A DNA stretch of 47,346 bases, taken from an uncultured Terrimonas sp. (GTDB taxonomy: Bacteria; Bacteroidota; Bacteroidia; Chitinophagales; Chitinophagaceae). The translations under genes were made by a program, and so were the position numbers. Where the stretch lies: NCBI GenBank assembly GCA_964391065.1, contig CAYMKT010000010.1:1-47346 (forward strand), given 5' to 3'. Below the pieces are notes generated by a model. That model made no database searches. It was not told where the DNA came from and saw only the letters and a program-made list of their open reading frames with translations. Shown here one piece after another: positions 1 through 9,668 of this stretch (positions are counted from its first letter, which is position 1; every line of letters begins with the position of its first letter).

Positions 1-6
1 GCCTGT

Positions 7-828
7 TTATTTATTATTTTGAGATTCCATCGCCTTTTTTACACTTCCATGTTTTTCCAGCAATGCTTTTGCTTTTGCATAGTCGGCAATGCCTAATTTT
101 TCCATCAGCATTTTGGCGCCCCTGTCGAATAATTTAGCGTTACTCAATTGCATGTTCACCATCTTGTTGTCTTCCACCCTGCCCAATTGAATCATAATGG
201 AAGTGGAGATCATATTGAGTACCAGTTTTTGGGAAGTACCGCTTTTCATGCGCGTGCTACCGGTTACAAATTCGGGCCCTACCGGCAATTCAATGGGGTA
301 GTCTGCCTGCTTCGTTAAGGGAGACCCGGGATTGTTGGTAATGCAACCCGTAACAATTTTGTGTTGACGACAGTTTTTTAATGCAGCGATTACGTATGGC
401 GTAGTACCGCTCGCAGCAATGCCTATTACCACGTCCTTGCTATTTACATGATGCTTCTCAAGGTCTTCCCAGCCTTGCGTAACACTATCTTCTGCAAACT
501 CCACGGGCTGGGTCATCGCCTTTTTTCCGCCGGCAATAATACCAATCACCAGGTTCGCGGATACGCCATAGGTAGGCGGACATTCGCTGGCATCCACAAT
601 AGCCAGCCGGCCGCTGGTTCCCGCGCCAATATAAAACAGCCGGCCGCCAGCCAGCATTTTATCTACTGCAATATTCACGAGCTTTTCAATCCGGGGAATT
701 ACCTTTTCGATTACAAGCGGAACTTTTTTGTCTTCGTTATTGATATGAGTGAGAATTTCAGCAACAGGCATTTTTTCCAGGTGGCGGTAAGCGGAAGCCT
801 GCTCTGTAATTTTAGTAAACTGCGTCAT
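7..828 (-). CDS. murQ: N-acetylmuramic acid 6-phosphate etherase
   Basis: SIS-domain motifs GAGTSGRLAIVDASECPPTYG, GIAASGTTPYV and GPEFVTGSTRMKSGTSQKLVLNMIST. Confidence 0.95.
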   Translation of the reverse strand: MTQFTKITEQASAYRHLEKMPVAEILTHINNEDKKVPLVIEKVIPRIEKLVNIAVDKMLAGGRLFYIGAGTSGRLAIVDASECPPTYGVSANLVIGIIAGGKKAMTQPVEFAEDSVTQGWEDLEKHHVNSKDVVIGIAASGTTPYVIAALKNCRQHKIVTGCITNNPGSPLTKQADYPIELPVGPEFVTGSTRMKSGTSQKLVLNMISTSIMIQLGRVEDNKMVNMQLSNAKLFDRGAKMLMEKLGIADYAKAKALLEKHGSVKKAMESQNNK

Positions 829-871
829 ATAATATATCTGGATAGTTATTTGGTGTATTACATACAGGTAT

Positions 872-1723
872 TCATCCTTGTTGGTGATATACCGCGAGTC
901 CTTCCATTGGATTTTTTAATATTCTTCCCATGGTAAATTCATAGGAATGGCAAAGCGATTTAACCGCATCGCCGAAATGATAGGCCACTCCACCCACAAA
1001 GCTGATGGGCAAAGTCCAGCTTTCCCTGAACTTACAGATATGATGAAAGAAAAAATCGTTCATTACATCTTCAATGATATTTTCAATCATATAGTGTCCC
1101 CTGTTTTCGGATAAAAACGGGGCAAACGAAGCAAGGTAACGGTTGGCCAATGGTTTTTTGTATACATTTTCAAGGATATCAGCACTACTCAGGTTGTACT
1201 TTGTTGTAAATCGCGCCATCAATTCTTCATCAAAAGTATTGTATAAGTAATATTGCAGCACTTTTTTTCCAAGGTATGCACCACTGCCTTCATCTCCTAA
1301 AACATAGCCCAGTCCGGGTTTATTAATCACAATCCTCTTCCCGTTATAATAGCAACAACTCGAACCTGTTCCTAAAATACAGGCTATCCCTTTTTCGTGA
1401 CCATACAGCGCCCTCGCCGCTGCCATTACATCGTGTGTAACCTCTATCCTGCTTAACCCGCCAAAGTTTTTTTGAATCGCCTGCTTTACAATTCGAACAT
1501 TATTCGCATTAATACAGCCGGTACCATAATAGTATACCTCGTTCACTTTAACTCCTTTAAGCTTTGGAAGTAATTCCTTTTCCAGTATTTCGGCTATTTG
1601 GGCAGTATTGAAAAAATATGGGCTGATGCCCTGCGTAAAAATTGTTTTCTTCTTTTTGCCCTGCAATAAACACCATTCGGCCTTAGTAGCCCCGCTATCA
1701 GCTATCAATTTTACGGATGACAT
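872..1723 (-). CDS. BadF/BadG/BcrA/BcrD-family amino-sugar kinase (GlcNAc/MurNAc kinase-like)
   Basis: N-terminal LIADSGATKAEW, ILGTGS and GLGYVLGDEGSGAYLGK motifs; lies directly upstream of murQ on the same strand. Confidence 0.85.
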   Translation of the reverse strand: MSSVKLIADSGATKAEWCLLQGKKKKTIFTQGISPYFFNTAQIAEILEKELLPKLKGVKVNEVYYYGTGCINANNVRIVKQAIQKNFGGLSRIEVTHDVMAAARALYGHEKGIACILGTGSSCCYYNGKRIVINKPGLGYVLGDEGSGAYLGKKVLQYYLYNTFDEELMARFTTKYNLSSADILENVYKKPLANRYLASFAPFLSENRGHYMIENIIEDVMNDFFFHHICKFRESWTLPISFVGGVAYHFGDAVKSLCHSYEFTMGRILKNPMEGLAVYHQQG

Positions 1724-1784
1724 TTTTAATTGAACTTATTTCGTGAAATTCGTGGTCTCAAAGATAATGTACAAAAACTGACTA

Positions 1785-3377
1785 ATGGGTAATAATAAAT
1801 TCAAGCTTTGGTTGCCTTTGATCTTTTCGCTGGTAATGATTGGCGGTATGTTTTTAGGTTATAAAATGAAGGAAAAAATGCCGGTTACCGCCCGTTTTTT
1901 TTCAACCGAAAAAAAAGGAACAGTGCAGGAAGTGTTGGATCTCATATCAAAACGATACGTTGACCCCGTACAAACCGATAGTCTTGCCGACGCTGCTATT
2001 GAGGAGATGCTCAGCCATTTAGACCCTCATTCTGTTTTTATTCCGGCCAGCGACCTGCAACAGGTAAATGAAGACCTGGCAGGAAGATTTGAGGGTATTG
2101 GCATAGAGTTTAATGTTTTCAACGACACCATTAATGTATTGAGTGTTTTGAAGGGCGGACCTTCGGAAGAGGCCGGTTTGCAGGTAGGTGATAAATTTCT
2201 GAAAATTGGCGATTCCGTTGTAGCAGGCAATGATATTAATGCAGATAGGGTGAAGCAACTGTTGCGTGGACTGCATGGCTCGAAAGTGCAGGTATTAGTA
2301 TTGCGTGGAAAAGAAAAAAAACAATTTAATATTACAAGAGGTATTATTCCGCTTTACTCGCTCGATGCGGGCTATATGATAGCCCCGTCAACAGGCTATA
2401 TACGGCTGAACAAATTTGCTGAAACCACCTACGAAGAATTTATGGAGGCCCTGCAAAGACTAAAAGAAGAAGGTTTGCAACAATTAATTCTGGACCTTCG
2501 GAGCAATGGAGGCGGTATTTTACAGGAAGCGGTGGAGATTGCAGATGAGTTTTTAGATGGGAATAAATTGATTGTTTATACACAGGGTGGGCATTTAAAG
2601 CAACAGGAGTTCCGTGCAAAAAGGGAAGGAATTTTTGAAAAAGGAAAACTGGTAGTGCTGGTAGACGAAGGCTCGGCTTCTGCCAGTGAAGTGCTTACGG
2701 GCGCTTTGCAGGACTGGGACAGGGCAGAAGTAATAGGCAGACGAACATTTGGAAAGGGGCTGGTGCAGGAACAATATAACCTCAGCGATGGGTCTGCTTT
2801 GCGATTAACTATTTCCCGTTATTATACCCCCCTTGGGCGGTCAATTCAAAAGCCATACGACAAAGGTATAGCAAGCTATAACGAGGAGTTGTATGAACGT
2901 TATCATAATGGTGGATTAGTTAACGCAGATAGTAACAAATTGGTAACCGGCGAACCCTATCATACTCCCGGGGGAAAGGCGGTGTACGGAGGAGGAGGCA
3001 TAACACCGGATGTTTTTGTGGCTATTGACACTACCGGCATTAGCAGCAATGCGAGCCGGTTATATACCAAAAACACCATTGGCAATTTTACATACCGGTA
3101 TTATGTTGATCATATTGATCAATTCAAACTATTTGCCAATCCCTCCGATTTTGATAAAGGCTTTGATGTTGATGATGCTGTATGGAGCGCCTTAAACGAT
3201 TTTGCATTGCGGGACAGTATTAAGATCAATACACTTTCGGCAACAGACAAGCAATTTCTGGCGCAAAGACTAAAAAGTCTTTTTGCCAGGCAGCAATGGC
3301 GAAATGAGGGGTTTTACGAAATCAGTAATGCGCACGATGACATGGTAAAAAAAGCATTGGAGGAACTGGCTAAATAA
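1785..3377 (+). CDS. S41 family carboxyl-terminal processing protease (PDZ + peptidase)
   Basis: N-terminal TM segment, LDPHS, DLRSNGGG, SASASEVLTGALQD and TFGKGLVQ catalytic motifs. Confidence 0.93.
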   Translation: MGNNKFKLWLPLIFSLVMIGGMFLGYKMKEKMPVTARFFSTEKKGTVQEVLDLISKRYVDPVQTDSLADAAIEEMLSHLDPHSVFIPASDLQQVNEDLAGRFEGIGIEFNVFNDTINVLSVLKGGPSEEAGLQVGDKFLKIGDSVVAGNDINADRVKQLLRGLHGSKVQVLVLRGKEKKQFNITRGIIPLYSLDAGYMIAPSTGYIRLNKFAETTYEEFMEALQRLKEEGLQQLILDLRSNGGGILQEAVEIADEFLDGNKLIVYTQGGHLKQQEFRAKREGIFEKGKLVVLVDEGSASASEVLTGALQDWDRAEVIGRRTFGKGLVQEQYNLSDGSALRLTISRYYTPLGRSIQKPYDKGIASYNEELYERYHNGGLVNADSNKLVTGEPYHTPGGKAVYGGGGITPDVFVAIDTTGISSNASRLYTKNTIGNFTYRYYVDHIDQFKLFANPSDFDKGFDVDDAVWSALNDFALRDSIKINTLSATDKQFLAQRLKSLFARQQWRNEGFYEISNAHDDMVKKALEELAK

Positions 3378-3491
3378 CGTTCGGCAAAGCCATTGGAACG
3401 GCAACCTCTTTGTTTTTAATGTTAAACTGATCATTATCCCCGTCAGCCAGGCAAGTTTTGAATTGTATCTTTATACTGAAAAGCTTAAAGC

Positions 3492-4853
3492 ATGGATATT
3501 AAGAAAAACATACTCGAAACCATTGGCAACACCCCGTTGATACGCTTAAACAAAATCACTAAACATTTACCATGCGAAGTAGCCGCAAAAGTGGATTATT
3601 TTAACCCCGGCAATTCTATAAAAGACCGCATGGCGCTCAAAATGATAGAGGTGGCAGAGAAAGAAGGCAAGCTGAAACCCGGAGGCACTATTATTGAATG
3701 CACATCGGGCAATACGGGCATGGGACTTGCTTTAGCAGCCAGCGTAAAAGGATATAAATGCATCTTCACCTCAACTGACAAACAATCCAAAGAAAAATTT
3801 GACATACTGAAAGCGGTAGGGGCGGAGGTAATTGTTTGTCCTACGAATGTTGAGCCCGATGACCCGAAGAGCTACTATTCCGTGGCAAGAAGGTTAGCCA
3901 GCGAGATTCCAGATGCCTTTTTTTGCAATCAATACGACAATCTTGCGAATCGCATAGCCCATTACGAAACTACAGGGCCGGAAATATGGCAACAAACAGA
4001 CGGCAAAATAACCCATTTTGTGAGTACGGCGGGAACAGGCGGCACGGTAACGGGCACGGCTATGTATCTGAAAGAGCAAAACCCCGGTATAAAAGTTTGG
4101 GCAATAGATGCGTACGGTTCGTTGCTTACCAAATATTTTAATACTGGTGAAAAAGATATGTCGGAAGTGCATCCTTACATATCTGAAGGATTTGGAGAAG
4201 ATTTCGTTCCGGAAAATTTTGACATGGACGTAATTGATCATTTTGAGCAGGTTACTGACAAAGACGGGGCTATAATGGCCAGGCGCCTCGCTAAAGAGGA
4301 AGGTCTTTTCTGTGGCTATAGTGCCGGAAGTTGCCTGCAGGGGTTATTGCAGTTGAAAGATCGCTTACAAAAAAACGATCTCGTTGTTTGTATTTTTCAT
4401 GATCATGGAAGCCGGTATGTGGGCAAAGTATATAACGACCAGTGGATGCTTGAAAGGGGGTTCCTGGAAGTGAAGACGTTTAAAGACATCATAACCGGAA
4501 AAGGGAATCAGCCCATTGTAACCGTTCTGGCTACCCAAACGGTAGCCGAGGTTTTTGAACTAATGAAGGAACATGATATTGAGAACATACCTGTTATGAG
4601 CAATGGCATTCCGGAAGGATCTGTTTCAGAAAATGGGTTGTTCAGCAAAATGTTTGCAGCCCCCGATATCAAAAGTCAGATGGTAAGTACCGTAATGGAA
4701 CCCTCCTACCCGGTTGTCTCATATGACACTCCCGTTGAACGGTTAGGCAAACTTATTAACAAAGAAAATGGCGCTATACTCAGTCGCGATGAGGCAGGAG
4801 ATTTTCACATTATTACAAAATACGATATCATACAATCCCTGGCAAAACAATAA
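3492..4853 (+). CDS. Cystathionine beta-synthase-like PLP enzyme with C-terminal CBS-domain pair
   Basis: IGNTPL, NPGNSIKDR (PLP lysine), TSGNTGMG and GTGGT motifs; C-terminal CBS-like region from about residue 330. Confidence 0.88.
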   Translation: MDIKKNILETIGNTPLIRLNKITKHLPCEVAAKVDYFNPGNSIKDRMALKMIEVAEKEGKLKPGGTIIECTSGNTGMGLALAASVKGYKCIFTSTDKQSKEKFDILKAVGAEVIVCPTNVEPDDPKSYYSVARRLASEIPDAFFCNQYDNLANRIAHYETTGPEIWQQTDGKITHFVSTAGTGGTVTGTAMYLKEQNPGIKVWAIDAYGSLLTKYFNTGEKDMSEVHPYISEGFGEDFVPENFDMDVIDHFEQVTDKDGAIMARRLAKEEGLFCGYSAGSCLQGLLQLKDRLQKNDLVVCIFHDHGSRYVGKVYNDQWMLERGFLEVKTFKDIITGKGNQPIVTVLATQTVAEVFELMKEHDIENIPVMSNGIPEGSVSENGLFSKMFAAPDIKSQMVSTVMEPSYPVVSYDTPVERLGKLINKENGAILSRDEAGDFHIITKYDIIQSLAKQ

Positions 4854-5063
4854 TCATCTATTTCAATAAGGCATCCCGATAAATTAGTTAAAATGCAATG
4901 CCACAAATAGTTTCAGTCTTTTTAATCATTTCCGGCGCCTGCTGTTCAATACATTTTTGGTTGTTTTACCTATAGTTGTTACCGGAAATATACCCCAACT
5001 ATTTTAGCAACTTTACTCATCATTGCGTAAAAAACATAATTTAAAAATTGGGGGAAACCGCTA

Positions 5064-5094
5064 TTGTACCGTGGATAACTGGTGAGTATCTTTG
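5064..5094 (+). promoter_or_regulatory. Bacteroidota housekeeping promoter (-33 TTG 5064-5066, -7 TATCTTTG 5087-5094) with no CDS directly downstream
   Basis: Exact TAnnTTTG match with TTG 20 nt upstream. Confidence 0.7.
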
Positions 5095-5097
5095 ATT

Positions 5098-5474
5098 TGA
5101 AGTTGATTGATGAGGAAGCTACACCTCAGCCGTCCAAAAATCCTTAAAACCGATCAAAAAAAGTTGAATTCCAAATCCTTTGAAAAGGGTAGAATAAAAT
5201 CCAATATCAATCAACTTTCATTTTTTTGAAAATCGATATCCAAAGAAAAACGACCTGCTTTACCTAAGCAAAACACCAAAGTAAGTCCTATATCCGGGAC
5301 CAGAAAAACCAACACCAATCCAGTATTGCAACCTTGAAACCACAACCTTGGACAACGAAATTGATTTTGACTATTCCCCGAACGAATTAACGTCCAATCC
5401 TGAAAAGCCCATCTAATCTTAGAGTAGGCTCGATTAAAAACATTCCTCCACCGTCTTTGGTGGAGGTTTTTTTT
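5098..5474 (+). ncRNA. Candidate structured non-coding RNA (~375 nt, with a possible ~125-nt short form ending at the T7 run 5221-5227)
   Basis: Bounded by a consensus promoter and a strong terminator; perfect 12-bp inverted repeat 5100-5111/5206-5217; internal hairpins; no ORF of 60 aa or more. Confidence 0.6.
5445..5474 (+). terminator. Intrinsic terminator
   Basis: CCTCCACC-gtcttt-GGTGGAGG followed by T8. Confidence 0.88.
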
Positions 5475-5568
5475 GCAGGAATACCAATTTCAGGCTGTGT
5501 ATTCTCCTACCTGTTCGTTTTTATCCTCAAAATGCCTGTAATGAACACAGCCATCCTGTCACAAAACT

Positions 5569-5576
5569 TAAATTTG
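5569..5576 (+). promoter_or_regulatory. -7 element TAAATTTG for the ABC transporter gene
   Basis: TAnnTTTG match 54 nt upstream of ATG 5631. Confidence 0.55.
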
Positions 5577-5630
5577 TACGTTATTTGATGAGATCACTGT
5601 TTTAAACTTACATCTTCTATATTCTTAGAT

Positions 5631-7445
5631 ATGAAAATGCTCCTGGTTTATCTCAAACCTTTCAAATGGCTGGTGTTACTGGTGCTGGTGCTGGCTGCAA
5701 TGAATATCGGTTTTTCCTTATTTGATCCTATCATTTTCGGACATCTTGTAAACCTCGCCAATACATACGCCCAACATCCCTCGGAGTATACCTGGGCAGA
5801 TTTCTTTACAAAGCCTTATAACAGCGTTTTATGGTTATTGCTTGCCTCCATGGGCGTGGCCATGATTAGCAGGATCGCCAAGAATTTCCAGGATTATTTT
5901 TTAAATGTAGTTATCCAGAAATTCGGAGCCAGCGTATTTACTGAAGGACTGCAACATGCTATGAAACTTCCTTACCAGGAGTTCGAGGATCAAAGAAGCG
6001 GCGAAACGCTTAGCGTGTTGCAGAAAGTAAGAACCGATACCGAAAAATTCATGTCGTATTTCGTGAATGTGCTCTTCACCGTGGTAGTGGGTATTGCTTT
6101 TGTGGGCGTATTCGCATTCAGCATCCACTGGTCGCTGCCTCCCATTTATTTTGGCGGCATTTTATTATTGGTTGTCATTACCAATCTGCTAAGCAAGAAG
6201 GTAAAAACTATTCAAAAAAATATAGTATCCCAAACTACTTCTCTTGCCGGAGCTACTACCGAATCTCTTCGCAATATAGAACTTGTAAAAAGTCTGGGAC
6301 TTACGCAACAGGAAGTAAACCGTTTAAACAAAAACACCTATAAAATACTGGGACTCGAGATTACTAAGGTAAAACGGATACGAAGTATCAGCTTTATACA
6401 GGGAACCTTTGTAAACACCCTGCGACAGGTTATTTTATTTATGCTGCTTTGGCTGATTTTCAAAGACCGCATGAATGCCGGTCAATTAGTGACGATGCAA
6501 ATATTTTCTTTTTTTGTTTTTGGACCTTTACAGGAAATAGGCAATATCATCCTCTCCTATCGCGAAGCTGAGGCATCGTTGAACAATTTTAAAACCCTCA
6601 TGCAAAAAAAACCTGAACTGCAACCCGAAAAGCCTTTGCACCTTGGAGAGGTTGAAACACTTGAATTCAGGAATGTTGGTTTTAAGCATCACACGGCCTC
6701 ACAAAAGGCGATTGATAATATAAGTTTTAACGTACAAGCCGGGGAAACGATCGCCTTTGTAGGTCCTTCAGGAGCGGGGAAATCCACCCTCATGAAATTA
6801 TTGGTTGGGTTATATCGCCCCGAACAAGGTAAAATATTATACAATGGCATGGATGAGACCTCCATTAACTATGAAGATATGCGCAACCAGATTGGTTTTG
6901 TAACGCAGGATACCCAACTATTTGCCGGCACTATTAAGGAGAACCTGTTGTTTGTAAACCCTGAAGCATCTGAAGAAGATATGATGGATGCATTGCACAA
7001 ATCTTCATGCACCAATTTACTTGCACGTGCAGAAAAGGGCATAGAAACAATGATAGGAGAAGGAGGATTAAAATTGTCGGGAGGAGAAAAACAAAGACTT
7101 TCTATTGCAAGGGCATTGCTGCGCAACCCGCGCCTCCTTATTTTCGATGAGGCAACATCGGCGCTGGATTCCATAACTGAAGAGGAAGTTACCAGTACGA
7201 TAAAAAGGGTTTCTTCTCATCGCAATCAAATCACTATACTCATTGCTCACCGGCTTTCTACCATAATGCATGCCGACAGAATATACGTGCTGGAGAAAGG
7301 CGAAGTGGTGGAATTAGGTACGCACGAATCGCTGGTAGGTGAAAAGGGGTTGTACTATGCCATGTGGCGGCAGCAGATCGGCGAAAGAAAGAAACCTGCA
7401 AACGCCGCCAATATTGAGGAATCAAAGATTGAATCACTCAGTTAG
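5631..7445 (+). CDS. ABC exporter, fused permease/ATP-binding (MsbA/MdlB-like)
   Basis: N-terminal multi-TM domain; Walker A GPSGAGKS, signature LSGGEKQR, Walker B LLIFDEATS, H-loop IAHRLST. Confidence 0.93.
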   Translation: MKMLLVYLKPFKWLVLLVLVLAAMNIGFSLFDPIIFGHLVNLANTYAQHPSEYTWADFFTKPYNSVLWLLLASMGVAMISRIAKNFQDYFLNVVIQKFGASVFTEGLQHAMKLPYQEFEDQRSGETLSVLQKVRTDTEKFMSYFVNVLFTVVVGIAFVGVFAFSIHWSLPPIYFGGILLLVVITNLLSKKVKTIQKNIVSQTTSLAGATTESLRNIELVKSLGLTQQEVNRLNKNTYKILGLEITKVKRIRSISFIQGTFVNTLRQVILFMLLWLIFKDRMNAGQLVTMQIFSFFVFGPLQEIGNIILSYREAEASLNNFKTLMQKKPELQPEKPLHLGEVETLEFRNVGFKHHTASQKAIDNISFNVQAGETIAFVGPSGAGKSTLMKLLVGLYRPEQGKILYNGMDETSINYEDMRNQIGFVTQDTQLFAGTIKENLLFVNPEASEEDMMDALHKSSCTNLLARAEKGIETMIGEGGLKLSGGEKQRLSIARALLRNPRLLIFDEATSALDSITEEEVTSTIKRVSSHRNQITILIAHRLSTIMHADRIYVLEKGEVVELGTHESLVGEKGLYYAMWRQQIGERKKPANAANIEESKIESLS

Positions 7446-7576
7446 TTTCACCTGTTGTGCAGGATGAAATAGCTCTTTATCTGAACTGTGCGTTGAAGCA
7501 TGAAAGCGTTGAAAATTAAATCTGAAAGGCATTTTGCAACGCCCCGGTTTTAGCTTTTAGCCCTGGGTTAGACAGG

Positions 7577-9415
7577 TTATTTCTGAAAAATTACGGTAAA
7601 CGTACTTCCTTTACCCGGCTCACTTTCACATACAATTTTCCCATTCGATTCTTCAACAAGCCGCTTAACTATGGACAAACCAATTCCTGTAGAATACTCA
7701 CCTTCCGTAGGCATAGACGATATTTTTCTGTACTTGGAAAAGAGATAAGGAATATCCTCTTTTGCTATACCAACCCCTTCATCCCGTACTTTAATGTGAA
7801 CCTCATGTTCGTCGTCGAACAGTGTTACCCATACTTTTTTCCCCCGGGGCGTAAACTTAATAGCATTACTTAACAGGTTTTCGAATATGCGCCTTACAAT
7901 ATACCGGTCATTAATCAGCAATACCTGTTTGCCCGCATCGGCGTAGGTAATATTAATGTCCTTTTGCTGAGCCTGCGGATGATACATCTGCACGATATCG
8001 TCTAAAAACGCATTCATTTCCAGTTCTTCAATATCCAGGGTGTGATGCCTTATCTCTTCTTTTTCGATGTACAAAATATCGCGTATTAACAGTTCGCCAT
8101 TATCAGCAGACGACTGAATACGATACAATGCCTTCTTCTGATCTTCAGTAAAGTTTGATACATTCGACAATAAAATCTGGGTCCACATTTTAATACTGGT
8201 AAATGGTCCATTTAAGTCGTGGGAAACCACGCTGATCAACGAATTTTTTTCGCTATTGAATTGAGCAAGTTTATGGTTCTGCTTTTGAATCAACTCATTT
8301 TGCTTCAGCAACTGGCTGTTCTTCCGTCGTATGAGCAATAAAATAACGAATGTTGAAATCGCCAGGCTGGCAACGCCAAGTGTTAAAAGAACAATATTCC
8401 GGTTCCGTAGTTTCTGCCTGTCGATTTCAAGAGCCAATACTCTATTTTCCTGGTCTTTTTGCCTTACATTTAACCGCTCCTGAAGTTCAGCCACGGTTTT
8501 TAGGGTACGCTCAGTAACCAAAGCGGTATCGAGCTTATACTGCATGGTAGAATATTGATATGCAGATTTATAATCTCCTCTGGTAGAATAGTACTTGGCA
8601 TACAAAGAATATACGTCTGCCTCCTTTTTTCTCGATCCCAATGTTTTTGCGATGCCCAAAGAAAGGTCGATGTATTTATGTGCCGAATCAAAGTATTTTT
8701 TCTCAATGAACACATCCCCCATATTAAGACAGTCATACCACAACATTTCCTGGTCGCCATTGGAGATATTAGCGTAATAGTTAAGTTTAAAAAAGTCAAG
8801 GGCCCTATCCCATTCTTTTTTGTAGAACCAGGCATTCCCTATATTATTGTACAGTGAGGTTAGATCAAAATTCTGGCCTTTAGCCATTTGCTGCGCTCTT
8901 CTCAAATAAATCAAAGCGCTGTCGGGGTAGCCAAGCCGGTTATAAACAGAACCAAGGTTCGTATTGCCGGTGAAAATGGAAAAAATCTCTTTTCTTTGAA
9001 TAGCAATGTCTAAAGCCTCTTTAAATAAATCCCTGGTTTTTTCTGGCTGATTGATGTTATTGTAAGCTATTGCCAGGTCGCCGAGAGCGGCAGATTCATA
9101 GTCAAGATTATTGAGCAATCGGGCCTGTTCAAGTGATAGATAATAATAATTTATCGCGGAATCATAATCTTCTCTGAATTCCTGGTAGATCCCCTTAAGT
9201 CTTAACGATAATACGCTGCCTTTATCGAAATCCAATTTTTGGGATTCTTTTTCAATATAGTTTGCGTAATAAAGAATAGAATCCGCCTTCTTGCTACTAA
9301 AATCCAACGCACGGTCATATAATGCTTTAATAGAAGAAGTATCCTGTTGAGAAAAAGCCCTGTCGCCGTTTGCAAAAAACATAAACAAATACAAACCCGT
9401 AATAAAGCTTTTCAT
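7577..9415 (-). CDS. TPR-repeat sensor histidine kinase
   Basis: Signal peptide, TPR-like helices (YNNIGNAW, NLGSVY), one TM, H-box VSHDLNGP, N-box NLLSNAIKFT, G-boxes DEGVGI and GIGLSIV. Confidence 0.9.
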   Translation of the reverse strand: MKSFITGLYLFMFFANGDRAFSQQDTSSIKALYDRALDFSSKKADSILYYANYIEKESQKLDFDKGSVLSLRLKGIYQEFREDYDSAINYYYLSLEQARLLNNLDYESAALGDLAIAYNNINQPEKTRDLFKEALDIAIQRKEIFSIFTGNTNLGSVYNRLGYPDSALIYLRRAQQMAKGQNFDLTSLYNNIGNAWFYKKEWDRALDFFKLNYYANISNGDQEMLWYDCLNMGDVFIEKKYFDSAHKYIDLSLGIAKTLGSRKKEADVYSLYAKYYSTRGDYKSAYQYSTMQYKLDTALVTERTLKTVAELQERLNVRQKDQENRVLALEIDRQKLRNRNIVLLTLGVASLAISTFVILLLIRRKNSQLLKQNELIQKQNHKLAQFNSEKNSLISVVSHDLNGPFTSIKMWTQILLSNVSNFTEDQKKALYRIQSSADNGELLIRDILYIEKEEIRHHTLDIEELEMNAFLDDIVQMYHPQAQQKDINITYADAGKQVLLINDRYIVRRIFENLLSNAIKFTPRGKKVWVTLFDDEHEVHIKVRDEGVGIAKEDIPYLFSKYRKISSMPTEGEYSTGIGLSIVKRLVEESNGKIVCESEPGKGSTFTVIFQK

Positions 9416-9668
9416 AATTAAGGAATGGAAGTATGGGCTCTATACTCAGCTTCGTTTTAGAAGAGCACAGAAATTATGAATGATCAACTTCGTTTTACTT
9501 TCCCAATTCAACCTCGTGGGTAAAGATAAGCTAAAGCCACTATTCTAAAATCGCGCAACTTGTATAACACCTGCCGGGCAGCATTACCTCCCGGGCTGTA
9601 CTGTGACTGCTGGCTGAAATTAGCTTGCACTAAGCATCAAGATCATTTACGCGACTACATTGCAACGC

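Noticed and set aside
5098..5227. Possible 6S RNA identity for the closed-helix 5' domain
   Set aside because: The interior is branched and A-rich rather than a long rod with a central bubble; cannot be supported without cmscan
5110..5229. 39-codon ORF MRKLHLSRPKILKTDQ.. inside the first ncRNA candidate
   Set aside because: Its start codon is buried in the 12-bp helix and the peptide has no motif; not called as a CDS, but kept as the alternative to test
7541..7568. GCCCCGG-TTTTAGC-TTTTAGC-CCTGGG, REP-like imperfect palindrome between convergent genes
   Set aside because: Single copy in the window with weak pairing; cannot be distinguished from a degenerate terminator
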